A stretch of DNA of 29,923 nt from Snowella sp. (GCA_035285545.1 JAYKGY010000030.1:1-29923), one strand, 5' to 3'; positions 1-8,041 are shown, numbered from the stretch's first letter. A program made the numbers and translations. The notes: generated by a model from the letters alone, not told the origin.

Positions 1-340
1 TTTTTCAGTTTTCATCCTTCAGCCTTTCGAGATCCATAGAGATAATGATCTTGGTTGGATTGAGCTATCATGGGGCAACCCTCATGTTATGACGCTCAAT
101 AATCTCTAGCTTACCTTACTAAAATACGACGACTAGCAGCGATCGCAGCGGTTTTAATGGTTGAGAGAATGAAGGCAACGGCGGCGCGCAACAGCAGGTA
201 GAAAAAGTAGTGATTTTGGCTCAAGGGTGAAATGATGGTCAGATTTTTAAACGGGTTATTGATGACCTCCCCAAAGGATTCGTTTTGATTTAAATTTCCA
301 CGTAATTCGCAAAGAAAAACGCAAAGAGGAAAAACTAAAA

Positions 341-1372
341 GTGTCATACTGGATGCCAATTGCTCCAATCTCAAACTCATTACGACTTGTTGATCTACAC
401 GGTAATGAGATTTCTAGAGAAAAGAAAGGTCTTTTTAATGCTTTTGAAAACCATCTGATAGATATTTATAAAGAAGGAAACCTTATCTTCATCTATCGAG
501 GCGAATCACTCAAGAGCCTTAAGAAAAAGCTTTTTTCAAATCATGAAGATTTCTCTAAGTCACGTTTGTACGAAAGGCTTTTTATTGTTGGAGATAAAGC
601 AAGATACTTCTTTAGGGATAAGATTGAGGACTCAGATAAAAGAGGATGGCTTACTAATATTAATGATCGTTCTCCCGAAACGTTTGGTTTTATGTTTGAA
701 CGTATTGCTAATGTGATATCTACCCCATCTCTAGAATCTAGAATTCAACAATCATGCTCAAGTAGATTTCTAAGTTATTTTAGGGATAACAATAACCGCG
801 ATCAGTTTGTTAGAACAGTAGAAACCTACACTAAAAACAATGAGCAAGATAGATTGAAATTACAGGATTACTACCTGTATTTTCTTCATGTTGCAGGCTC
901 TTCAGGTGTTCGTAGGGAAACGATGCTAGTTTCTACAAGCCTTTCAGTTGATATTTCAGAAGACTTTGCTAGCAAAAAAGATGAAGACTCGCTCATTTTA
1001 TACGGCTTTATTCCTCAGCCATACCATAATTTTCTGGTTTCACCGTGGCTTGCCTCCGATTACCATAAGATTGCTTCGGACAAAGGTTTGCCAACTTATC
1101 AACCATTTGGTCTATTTCCAGAACAGCTTGAAGTTTCTGTGAAGGGTGCATTCTTCCCTTGCTTTATGATGGGTGTTAAGCAAGTTGATAACGAGTTTGT
1201 GATCAATTCTCACATATTCAATATTAAGGATAAAGATTATGAAAGTGTGAGTAAATACGGTATTCCAGTTCAGCAGGAAGACTTTATGAATAGTATTTTG
1301 GCTTCACAATATAGGCGTTTTATTTCTTCTGATCTTCGAGGAAATTTTGAACAATTTGAGGTACAACAATAA
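341..1372 (+). CDS. Putative cholera/pertussis-toxin-like (ARTC, R-S-E class) mono-ADP-ribosyltransferase, 343 aa
   Basis: Long intact ORF: GTG at 341 with AAGAGGA upstream, alternative ATG at 353. Motifs in canonical order: IFIY-R53-G, YFL-H183-VAG, LV-S198-T-S200, F259-PE-Q262-L-E264-VSVKG. AT-rich compared with neighbours. The CDS is near certain; the function is inferred from motifs. Confidence 0.7.
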   Translation: MSYWMPIAPISNSLRLVDLHGNEISREKKGLFNAFENHLIDIYKEGNLIFIYRGESLKSLKKKLFSNHEDFSKSRLYERLFIVGDKARYFFRDKIEDSDKRGWLTNINDRSPETFGFMFERIANVISTPSLESRIQQSCSSRFLSYFRDNNNRDQFVRTVETYTKNNEQDRLKLQDYYLYFLHVAGSSGVRRETMLVSTSLSVDISEDFASKKDEDSLILYGFIPQPYHNFLVSPWLASDYHKIASDKGLPTYQPFGLFPEQLEVSVKGAFFPCFMMGVKQVDNEFVINSHIFNIKDKDYESVSKYGIPVQQEDFMNSILASQYRRFISSDLRGNFEQFEVQQ

Positions 1373-1380
1373 AAAATTGT

Positions 1381-1549
1381 GGCTATACCGAACTTATGAG
1401 GCATTATGGGCTTAGAAGGCTTACGGACTAAAAGCTTGAGAAAATAAGGAGTCAAGATCAAATAAATAAAAACTCAAACCTTTACTTTACTAGGAAGGCT
1501 TTTCAGCCTTTAGTTTCTAACAGTTTTGCCTCATGGATCTGGTAGAACC
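1381..1549. mobile_element. MITE (non-autonomous miniature inverted-repeat element), 169 bp
   Basis: Imperfect terminal inverted repeats: GGCTATACCGAACTTATGAGGCA (1381-1403) versus reverse complement of the right end GGTTCTACCAGATCCATGAGGCA (1527-1549). Flanked by an exact 8-bp direct repeat AAAATTGT (1373-1380 and 1550-1557). No transposase. Confidence 0.85.
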
Positions 1550-1758
1550 AAAATTGTTGCGTAATGCAAGTAGTGCGATCGCCGTTTTGTAGGCTAGATT
1601 GACAACAGGAAGGACAGATTGCACTTTAAACAGTAACGATGGATGAGATCGCAATGAGAGAGCGAAAGGTATTGGGTTTTGAATTAAAGGCGATTGTCCC
1701 TTAATCTTAATTAAAAAAGTGATCGCCGTTAATAAATTTCAAAAAAAAACAAAAATTT

Positions 1759-2061
1759 TTAAATGGAAACCTGATCAGGGATTACTGTAATCTTCATACC
1801 CACTGTTTTGAGTATTTTCTCAATAGTTGATAAATGGGGATTCCCTTGCTCAGAAAGCGTTTTATAGAGACTTTCTCGTCCTAATCCAGTTTCCTGAGCG
1901 ACTTTTGTTAAGCCTTTTTGGTGTTGTACAATTTGTCTGAGAGCAATTAAAAAAAGCGGAATCCCCCCTTCCTCTAAAGCATCTTGAAGATAATCAGAAG
2001 CAAATTCAGGATTATTGAGTTCTTCTGCAATAAAATCATCAAAATTTCTCAAAGTCGTCAT
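1759..2061 (-). CDS. Addiction module antidote protein (HigA-like HTH antitoxin, HI1420-type), 100 aa
   Basis: True start is most likely the ATG at 2061 (MTTLRNFDDFIAEELNNPEFASDYL), overlapping the toxin 3' end. Contains the family HTH signature GLTKVAQETGLGRESLYKTLSEQGNPHLSTI. Confidence 0.9.
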   Translation of the reverse strand: MTTLRNFDDFIAEELNNPEFASDYLQDALEEGGIPLFLIALRQIVQHQKGLTKVAQETGLGRESLYKTLSEQGNPHLSTIEKILKTVGMKITVIPDQVSI

Positions 2062-2359
2062 TTTTAATCTTCTGCCAAAGTAGTTGAGATTGGGTAATAT
2101 CTTTTGATTGAGAACCTTTGTCTCCACCGACAAGAAGAATAACAAAAAGCTCTCCCTTTTTTGCAAAATAGACTCGGTAGCCTGGCCCAAAATGAATTCT
2201 CAATTCATAAATTTCTTTACCAACTGATTTGTAATCGCCAAAGTTACCTAATTTTAATCTTTGAATGCGTAGAGTGATTTTTCTACGACTACGAATATCC
2301 ACAATGCTACGCAACCATTTTTCAAATTCGTCAGTTGTGATAATTTGAATTTCTTGCAT
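2039..2359 (-). CDS. Type II TA toxin, RelE/HigB-like addiction module killer protein (HI1419-type)
   Basis: F-x-x-W-L start, RIQRLKLGNFGD, ELRIHFGPGYRVYF and LLVGGDKGSQ motifs. Lies upstream of and overlaps the HTH antitoxin. Confidence 0.92.
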   Translation of the reverse strand: MQEIQIITTDEFEKWLRSIVDIRSRRKITLRIQRLKLGNFGDYKSVGKEIYELRIHFGPGYRVYFAKKGELFVILLVGGDKGSQSKDITQSQLLWQKIKNDDFEKF

Positions 2360-2401
2360 CGCGATTGTTTTTTCTTAATCACCTTAAGTGGTGCTTTTTC
2401 T

Positions 2402-2430
2402 ATTGTATCTCAAGGGATACAGAACAACAA
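2402..2430 (-). promoter_or_regulatory. Promoter of the TA operon with overlapping palindromic operator
   Basis: Minus strand TTGTTG (2430-2425), 17-nt spacer, TACAAT (2407-2402). Inverted repeat TGTATC-N6-GATACA at 2404-2421 overlaps the -10 box. Confidence 0.7.
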
Positions 2431-2483
2431 GACTAAAATGAGAGAACGATCAGTTTATTGGTTTTGAATGACAGGCGTGCCAC

Positions 2484-2585
2484 ATGTATCAATCTGAAAG
2501 TGATCTGCTTGCCTTTTCTGCATTGGACGGAGAAGATTTTTTCCAAGACTCTAATGAAAATGAAGTTCTAGAAACCAATGCGTAG
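2484..2585 (+). pseudogene. C-terminal remnant of a probable antitoxin preceding a mazF/pemK fragment
   Basis: Reads MYQSESDLLAFSALDGEDFFQDSNENEVLETNA*, resembling acidic antitoxin tails of the LxAFxxLDxEDF type. Its stop overlaps the ATG of the toxin fragment (ATGCGTAG, 2578-2585). Confidence 0.5.
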
Positions 2586-2619
2586 AGGAGATGTCTGGCT
2601 TGTCAATTTAGACCCTACC
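2578..2619 (+). pseudogene. mazF: N-terminal fragment of a PemK/MazF endoribonuclease toxin
   Basis: MRRGDVWLVNLDPT is the typical PemK/MazF N-terminus. Similarity stops at about 2619, where the frame runs into the antisense of the DUF721 gene and terminates at 2682. Confidence 0.8.
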
Positions 2620-3172
2620 GCCATTGCTGAGTGGCACAATTGGCACATACTGACCAGCGTTCTAATTCCTGGGGAAAAGTAGGAGATTGACACTGCGGAC
2701 AAATGGGTAAATTTTCAGCCCGAATTTGGAGAATCTTCGTCCAACGTTGAAAGGCTTCCTTGGGAGTTTGGGAGGGGGTTTGCTCTTCTTCAGGAAAGGT
2801 TAAAGTTTTGAGAAAGGCTTGATAAGAATCAGACTGGGCCGCAGGTTCTAGATCTTGTAAGGTATTTAACGGCTGAACTTGATGCCATTGGGCCGAAGAA
2901 AAGCGTAAGTCGGTTAAGGGTTGACTCAGGTGAGCATTTAACTTTTTGAGCAGGGTATACCGCTGCATGGTTAGGGTTTGGGCCCAAACGGAACTCGCTG
3001 TTGCGATCCATAGCACCTGACGACGGAGTGCTAACGGTTTGGTGTATTGAAGAATTTTAGAATCAATGGCGGTTTCCCAAGCTTTTAGGGCTTGGCGATA
3101 GACATTATATTCTTCCCAATGGGGTTGTTGTTGGAGACGGTTGAGTAGGCTATCAAGGGAGTTTAAAGACAT
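2615..3172 (-). CDS. DUF721 / DciA-family protein with C-terminal Zn ribbon
   Basis: LWIATASSVWAQTLTMQRYTLLKKLN core, plus CPQC...WSVCANC zinc ribbon typical of cyanobacterial DUF721 proteins. Confidence 0.85.
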   Translation of the reverse strand: MSLNSLDSLLNRLQQQPHWEEYNVYRQALKAWETAIDSKILQYTKPLALRRQVLWIATASSVWAQTLTMQRYTLLKKLNAHLSQPLTDLRFSSAQWHQVQPLNTLQDLEPAAQSDSYQAFLKTLTFPEEEQTPSQTPKEAFQRWTKILQIRAENLPICPQCQSPTFPQELERWSVCANCATQQWR

Positions 3173-3299
3173 GGGGAATTTAGGGCGTTGCTAAAATTTT
3201 GTCGCCAATGACGATACCGAAATAGGATAAAGTAGGCAAAGTAGAACAAACCTGCTGTCATAGCATATAAACATCATTCTTTATAACTGAAGGAGTATT

Positions 3300-3416
3300 A
3301 TGTTAACCCTCAAAATTGTCGTTAATATCGTCGTTGCTTTCTTTGTTTTATTATTTATCTTTGGTTTTCTCTCCAGCGATCCTACCCGTAACCCTGGTCG
3401 GAAAGATTTTGAATAA
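3300..3416 (+). CDS. psbI: Photosystem II reaction center protein I (38 aa, absent from the ORF track)
   Basis: Manual translation [46 protein letters not shown] at 3291-3295. Confidence 0.97.
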   Translation: MLTLKIVVNIVVAFFVLLFIFGFLSSDPTRNPGRKDFE

Positions 3417-3752
3417 ATTCGACAATTGAGGGAAATCGGTGTAAGTCTCTTTTGGATAGGGAGGCTATCAGATAGCGTTTTTTGAAACTGACTTTAACCT
3501 TCGGCAACTCTTATGTTACCTTTACTGTCTCAATTAGGAGATTAAGGCTATCGGGATAGGGTTTAATTGTCTAAACAACTGCCTGATAGAAGTATCCACT
3601 GAGGTTAGAAAGTTTCATGTTAACTTATGGTGAAGTAAGATGATGGGGGCGATCGCGCTAAAGCTCTATGCAAGAAACGGATCTGTCCCCATTCTTCTGG
3701 CAAGACTCCGATTAAGGTTACGGTTGATTTGTTCAGCTTTATTTTGATCTCG

Positions 3753-6197
3753 ATGCCTCTATTTGATGCCCCACCGAATCCTCCTGCCCAAATTCAGGTT
3801 TTTCAACCTGGGGTTACTCATCGTTCTTTAGTGGCAGATTCACGTATTCCAACAACGAGCAAGTCGTCTCAAACTATCCCTGCGGTTGTGGAATTTTATT
3901 ATGCCGATCCAAGTAAGGTTAATACACCGAGTTCTTCGCAATTCACGCCTCAAACCGGAAAACAGGCTAATGCTTTAGGAAAACCCATTTCTGTTGGCCC
4001 GTTTGAATTGTCTCCGAGTAATGCGTTTCCGATTCAATCATCCGGGAATGGCTCCTCTCTATTTGCGACAACATCCCAGCAAGTAATTCTCGATCTTCAG
4101 TCTTTAGGTCGCGATCGCCGTCTAAACGCTCGACCCAAACAGTTAATTGCCCAAGAGCGGAACGGAGAAACCAGAGAATTTATTATTAATGCCGACGATG
4201 CGATTCCGGCGACCCCTTCCCCCCCGGAAGAAAATCCCAGCACTCCTTCTCAACCCCCAACTCCGCCAACTGTCCCACCAGCAACCAAAACAAAAAATCA
4301 GCCGCAACCTTTGGAATTAATCGCGGATCAACAGGAATATAACACCAATACTCAAGTTATTACCGCCACAGGCAATGTGGTCATGCGCTTTGCCAATGGG
4401 ATTTTATTAGCCGATCGCGTCCAAATCAACTTACCCGATCGCTTCTCGGTCGCAGAGGGCAATGTTTCCCTGCAACGGGGAGAGCAAACCCTACGGGGGG
4501 AACGCTTTGAATATTATTTTGTTCAAGATAAAGGCGTAATTTACAATGCCAATGGAGAATTGTATCAACCCACCACTGGGCGCGATCTTTCTCCGACCTT
4601 ACCGACCGATCCGGGGAACAGCGTTATTCCTGCCCAAACCTTAAATGAACGCCTACAGGCCAATCAACCCCTACAGCGTATTACCACAGGAGAAGGCTAT
4701 CGCTTTTCAGCAGGAACCAGCCTAGACTTAAATCGTTTTGGCACAGCGGGAACCCCTAACCCTAACGGTGGACAGATTAATCGTTTACGTTTCCAAGCCC
4801 AAAAGGTTGACTTTGATGCCGAAGGCTGGAATGCCAAGAAAGTCAGAATTACCAACGATCCCTTTTCTCCCCCCGAACTAGAAATCCAAGCAGAAACGGC
4901 TCAATACTATAACGTTGCGCCCTTAGTAGATGAAGTGCGTCTCAGTGAATCTAGGGTAGTACTTGACCAACAAAATACCATGCCCCTGTTTCAAGACCGT
5001 TTGGTATTAGACCGCCGCAATCGCCAACCAGGGGTTTTGAGCTTTGGTTATGACGGGGAAGATCGGGGGGGATTATATGTCCAAAGTGGCTTTAATATCC
5101 TCGATACTAAATCAGTCCGTTTTGATATCAAACCCCAATATTTAATTCAAAAAGTCTTTTTTCCCACTGCGTTTCCCAGTGCCAATATTAGTGACTCTAC
5201 GGTGTGTGTGCTGTGTCCTGCTGCTTTTGGGTTAATTACGGATTTTGAGGCGACCTTTGATGAACGCAATCGGATTATTAATACTTTAAATTTTTCCAAT
5301 TTAAATTTAGATGAAATTGACAATTCTCTACGGGCCAAAGTCGCTTTTCAACATAAGCTCGGTGATCTTTCTTTTCCCCATGATCTCCGTTTTGAATACA
5401 ATTATCGAGAAAGATTATTCAATGGCTCATTGGGTTTTCAGACGGTCAATAGTAGTGTGGGCGCGATCGTTGTTTCTCCGGTGATTCCCCTCGGTGATCC
5501 CACCCTTTCTTTAAGTTACCAAGCCTCCATTCAAAGCATCCAAGCCGATACGGATCAAACCCAATTATTAGCTCCCATCCGTGATAATAACTTAGTGACC
5601 TTAATGCGTTATCAAGGGGCGGTTTCCCTGAATAAATACTATTTTCTTTGGGTTGGAGAAGCCTTAGAACCCAAGCCAGACAAAGGACTAAAATATACAT
5701 CCACGCCTGTTTTACCCTATTTACAATTAACAACGGGATTAACGGGGGTGGCTAGTTTTTATAGTGATGGCAGTTCTCAACCCTCTTTAACGGGAAGTAT
5801 TGGTTTACTGGGTCAATTTGGCCATTTTTCCGAACCCTATTTAGACTATACCGGCTTTAATATTAGTTATTTACAGGCGATTCGAGGGGATGCTTCACCG
5901 TTCTTTTTTGATCGATTTGTAGATACCCAGGTCTTGTCTTGGGGATTAACCCAACAAATTTATGGGCCAGTAAGAGTCGGGGTTCAAAGTTCCTATAGTA
6001 TTGACGCGAATAAATCGATTAGTACGGAACTATTTATTGAATATAGCCGCCGGACTTACAATTTTATGGTGCGTTACAATCCAGATTTACAAATTGGTTC
6101 AATTAATTTACGTATTAGTGATTTCAACTGGAGCGGCAATCCAGGGACTTTTGAAGGAACGGATATTCGGCCTGTTATCCAAGGAATAACAAGATAA
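3753..6197 (+). CDS. DUF3769 / LptD(OstA)-like outer membrane assembly protein
   Basis: OstA-like segment LELIADQQEY...ATGNVVMRF, RITNDPFSPPEL, EYNYRERLFNGSLGFQTV and beta-rich C-terminus ending RISDFNW. ATG at 3753 preferred over TTG at 3729. Confidence 0.85.
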   Translation: MPLFDAPPNPPAQIQVFQPGVTHRSLVADSRIPTTSKSSQTIPAVVEFYYADPSKVNTPSSSQFTPQTGKQANALGKPISVGPFELSPSNAFPIQSSGNGSSLFATTSQQVILDLQSLGRDRRLNARPKQLIAQERNGETREFIINADDAIPATPSPPEENPSTPSQPPTPPTVPPATKTKNQPQPLELIADQQEYNTNTQVITATGNVVMRFANGILLADRVQINLPDRFSVAEGNVSLQRGEQTLRGERFEYYFVQDKGVIYNANGELYQPTTGRDLSPTLPTDPGNSVIPAQTLNERLQANQPLQRITTGEGYRFSAGTSLDLNRFGTAGTPNPNGGQINRLRFQAQKVDFDAEGWNAKKVRITNDPFSPPELEIQAETAQYYNVAPLVDEVRLSESRVVLDQQNTMPLFQDRLVLDRRNRQPGVLSFGYDGEDRGGLYVQSGFNILDTKSVRFDIKPQYLIQKVFFPTAFPSANISDSTVCVLCPAAFGLITDFEATFDERNRIINTLNFSNLNLDEIDNSLRAKVAFQHKLGDLSFPHDLRFEYNYRERLFNGSLGFQTVNSSVGAIVVSPVIPLGDPTLSLSYQASIQSIQADTDQTQLLAPIRDNNLVTLMRYQGAVSLNKYYFLWVGEALEPKPDKGLKYTSTPVLPYLQLTTGLTGVASFYSDGSSQPSLTGSIGLLGQFGHFSEPYLDYTGFNISYLQAIRGDASPFFFDRFVDTQVLSWGLTQQIYGPVRVGVQSSYSIDANKSISTELFIEYSRRTYNFMVRYNPDLQIGSINLRISDFNWSGNPGTFEGTDIRPVIQGITR

Positions 6198-6281
6198 ACA
6201 TCCATCAACAATGAGGCGGCTTCCCATGGCTAGACATGGTGTAGTCCAAACTCATGACAACGTTAAACGTTAAAAGAACGG

Positions 6282-7589
6282 TTAAATTGACTCATTTAGG
6301 TTTTGATTCGGATTTCTCAGGCGAATCGTTTCCATGGGAGACACTAACCCTTCAGCCTGAACTAACCCTTGTAAGGTTTGGGATAACTTCTTTAAGGCAT
6401 TCGGAGAATATTGAATCAAACTAGACGGTTTTAAAAAGGTTTCAACGCCAACAGTGGACGCAGAACGGATACTGCCTTCGGTGGAAACGAGCAAAGAAGA
6501 ACCGCCAAAATATTCGCCGATCGCTTTCGGGCTACTGTGACCTAAAAACACACTGCGGGCATTCCGAATTTTTTCTACATAATCCCAAGGATCGTCAACC
6601 GCCAATAACAGGTAATAGGGTGAAAATTGATTAACCAGATCAATCACTTCATCCAGGGAATTGACCAAGATGATTAGGCCATAATGCGCGATCGCCTTTT
6701 CGGTGAGGATACCCTGGGGATTTTCTTTAAACTGGTCTTGGATAATCGCTTGAACCGTTGCCGCAATTTGGGGATCATCGGTAAATAGCAACAAAGCCGA
6801 ATGGGGGTCTTGTTCTGCCTGGGCGAGTAAGTCCGCCGCAATTTGTAAGGGGTTAGCAGAACTATCGGCAATAATGACTAAATCTGTCCGTTCAATGGGG
6901 CTATCAATGCGAACAATGCCATTCACTAAATTTTTGGCCAAAGCCACTTCTAAACCACCTGTTCCTGTGATGACTTCCACTTTAGGAACGCTATGGGTGC
7001 CATAGGCCAAGGCCGCGATCGCCTTCGCACCTTCTAAACGGTAAACTTCTTCAATACCGGCTTCCTGGGCTGCGACTAACAGATCGGGGGCAATTTTTTG
7101 ATCCAAATTGGGGGGCGTTATTAAGACGACTTGGGGAACCTGGGCCACTTTGGCGGGAATGGCTTGCATCAAGAGATTACTCAAGCGCGAACCCCGATTG
7201 CCTGACACATAAATCCCTGCACGTTGGACAGGATAGTAGCGTTTTCCCTGTACCACCTCATCTTCGCTAAACCTAACCCAGGACTTGGGTAACTGCTGAC
7301 GGTAAAAGACATCGAGTTGACGACAAGCAACCTGAATGGCATTGAGTAAATCCTTAGGAATCTGTTGATAGGCCGCATCCAATTCCGAACCACTGACTCG
7401 TAGAGACGGAACTTTGACATCTTCGGAGTCGGTCACAGGGAGCAAGGCCCCATCTCCTTCGGAACGAACACGGTCTAAAATCTCTCTAACGGTAGATTCC
7501 TGAAACCAAAATTCCCGATCCGTTGATCGTTGACGAATCCGTCCCAATTCCGTGAGTGCCTCAGCTTGCTGAGTAATAATTCGTAGCAT
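6282..7589 (-). CDS. hisD: Histidinol dehydrogenase homolog with degenerate active site (probable pseudoenzyme)
   Basis: N-terminus MLRIITQQ and overall layout match cyanobacterial HisD, but motifs read YVSGN, QAEQD, SPYYL, GEYFGGSSLLVST and EGLVSP. Start at 7589 preferred. Confidence 0.85.
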   Translation of the reverse strand: MLRIITQQAEALTELGRIRQRSTDREFWFQESTVREILDRVRSEGDGALLPVTDSEDVKVPSLRVSGSELDAAYQQIPKDLLNAIQVACRQLDVFYRQQLPKSWVRFSEDEVVQGKRYYPVQRAGIYVSGNRGSRLSNLLMQAIPAKVAQVPQVVLITPPNLDQKIAPDLLVAAQEAGIEEVYRLEGAKAIAALAYGTHSVPKVEVITGTGGLEVALAKNLVNGIVRIDSPIERTDLVIIADSSANPLQIAADLLAQAEQDPHSALLLFTDDPQIAATVQAIIQDQFKENPQGILTEKAIAHYGLIILVNSLDEVIDLVNQFSPYYLLLAVDDPWDYVEKIRNARSVFLGHSSPKAIGEYFGGSSLLVSTEGSIRSASTVGVETFLKPSSLIQYSPNALKKLSQTLQGLVQAEGLVSPMETIRLRNPNQNLNESI

Positions 7590-7639
7590 GGAGTTCAATG
7601 TTCCCAACGTCGCTACTAACTATATGTGAGTTGGAAAAT

Positions 7640-8041
7640 TCATTCCTCTAGCTTAGCGTGGATTTTTCTGGAAGGATTGAAGTAGCGGGCCCCTGATGTG
7701 CAAGTTTCTCGGATTTCAACCGAATGAATCCCCGTTAGCCCCATTGCTTCCAATTTGTCAAATACCCATTTGGCGATCGCTTCACTGGTGGGATTTTCTA
7801 AGCCGGTGGTTTCGTTGAGGTAATAATGATCGAGGAAATCTTCCAATAAGGGGTCTAAGTAGGACTTAACTTTGCCGAAATCCATGACCATCCCCTGTTG
7901 TGGCCCGGTTTCATGTAAGCGATCGCTCTCAATATAAACCCGTCCCACCCAACTATGGCCATGCAGGCGTTGACATTTACCATCATAGTGGGGCAGAGAA
8001 TGGGCCGCCTCAAAGCGAAATTCTTTATAAATAAGCCACAT
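7640..8041 (-). CDS. queD: 6-carboxy-5,6,7,8-tetrahydropterin synthase
   Basis: FEAAH, C-x-x-LHGH, DH-x-YLN, ENPTSE and final ET motifs. Confidence 0.93.
   Translation of the reverse strand: MWLIYKEFRFEAAHSLPHYDGKCQRLHGHSWVGRVYIESDRLHETGPQQGMVMDFGKVKSYLDPLLEDFLDHYYLNETTGLENPTSEAIAKWVFDKLEAMGLTGIHSVEIRETCTSGARYFNPSRKIHAKLEE

Noticed and set aside
1..30. TTCAGTT/TTCATCC/TTCAGCC heptamer-like run
   Set aside because: Only three degenerate units at the window edge. Common short tandem repeat type, not informative.
111..380. 89-aa minus-strand ORF that might be an antitoxin or partner of the ART
   Set aside because: It overlaps the ART start on the opposite strand, has a non-ATG start and no recognisable motif. 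Not supportable as a gene, though not excluded.
139..1582. HIP1 sites flanking the ART gene and MITE as evidence of HIP1-mediated insertion
   Set aside because: HIP1 occurs about once per 0.8 kb here, so flanking copies and a 1.4-kb gap are expected by chance.
2062..2190. N-terminal extension of the 143-aa track ORF 1759..2190
   Set aside because: It lies inside the toxin gene in another frame. Antitoxin similarity begins at the ATG at 2061.
3461..3562. Two similar AGGCTATC..GATAG mini-palindromes downstream of psbI
   Set aside because: Only two short imperfect copies. The first may be a weak terminator; no support for a CRISPR array or repeat family.
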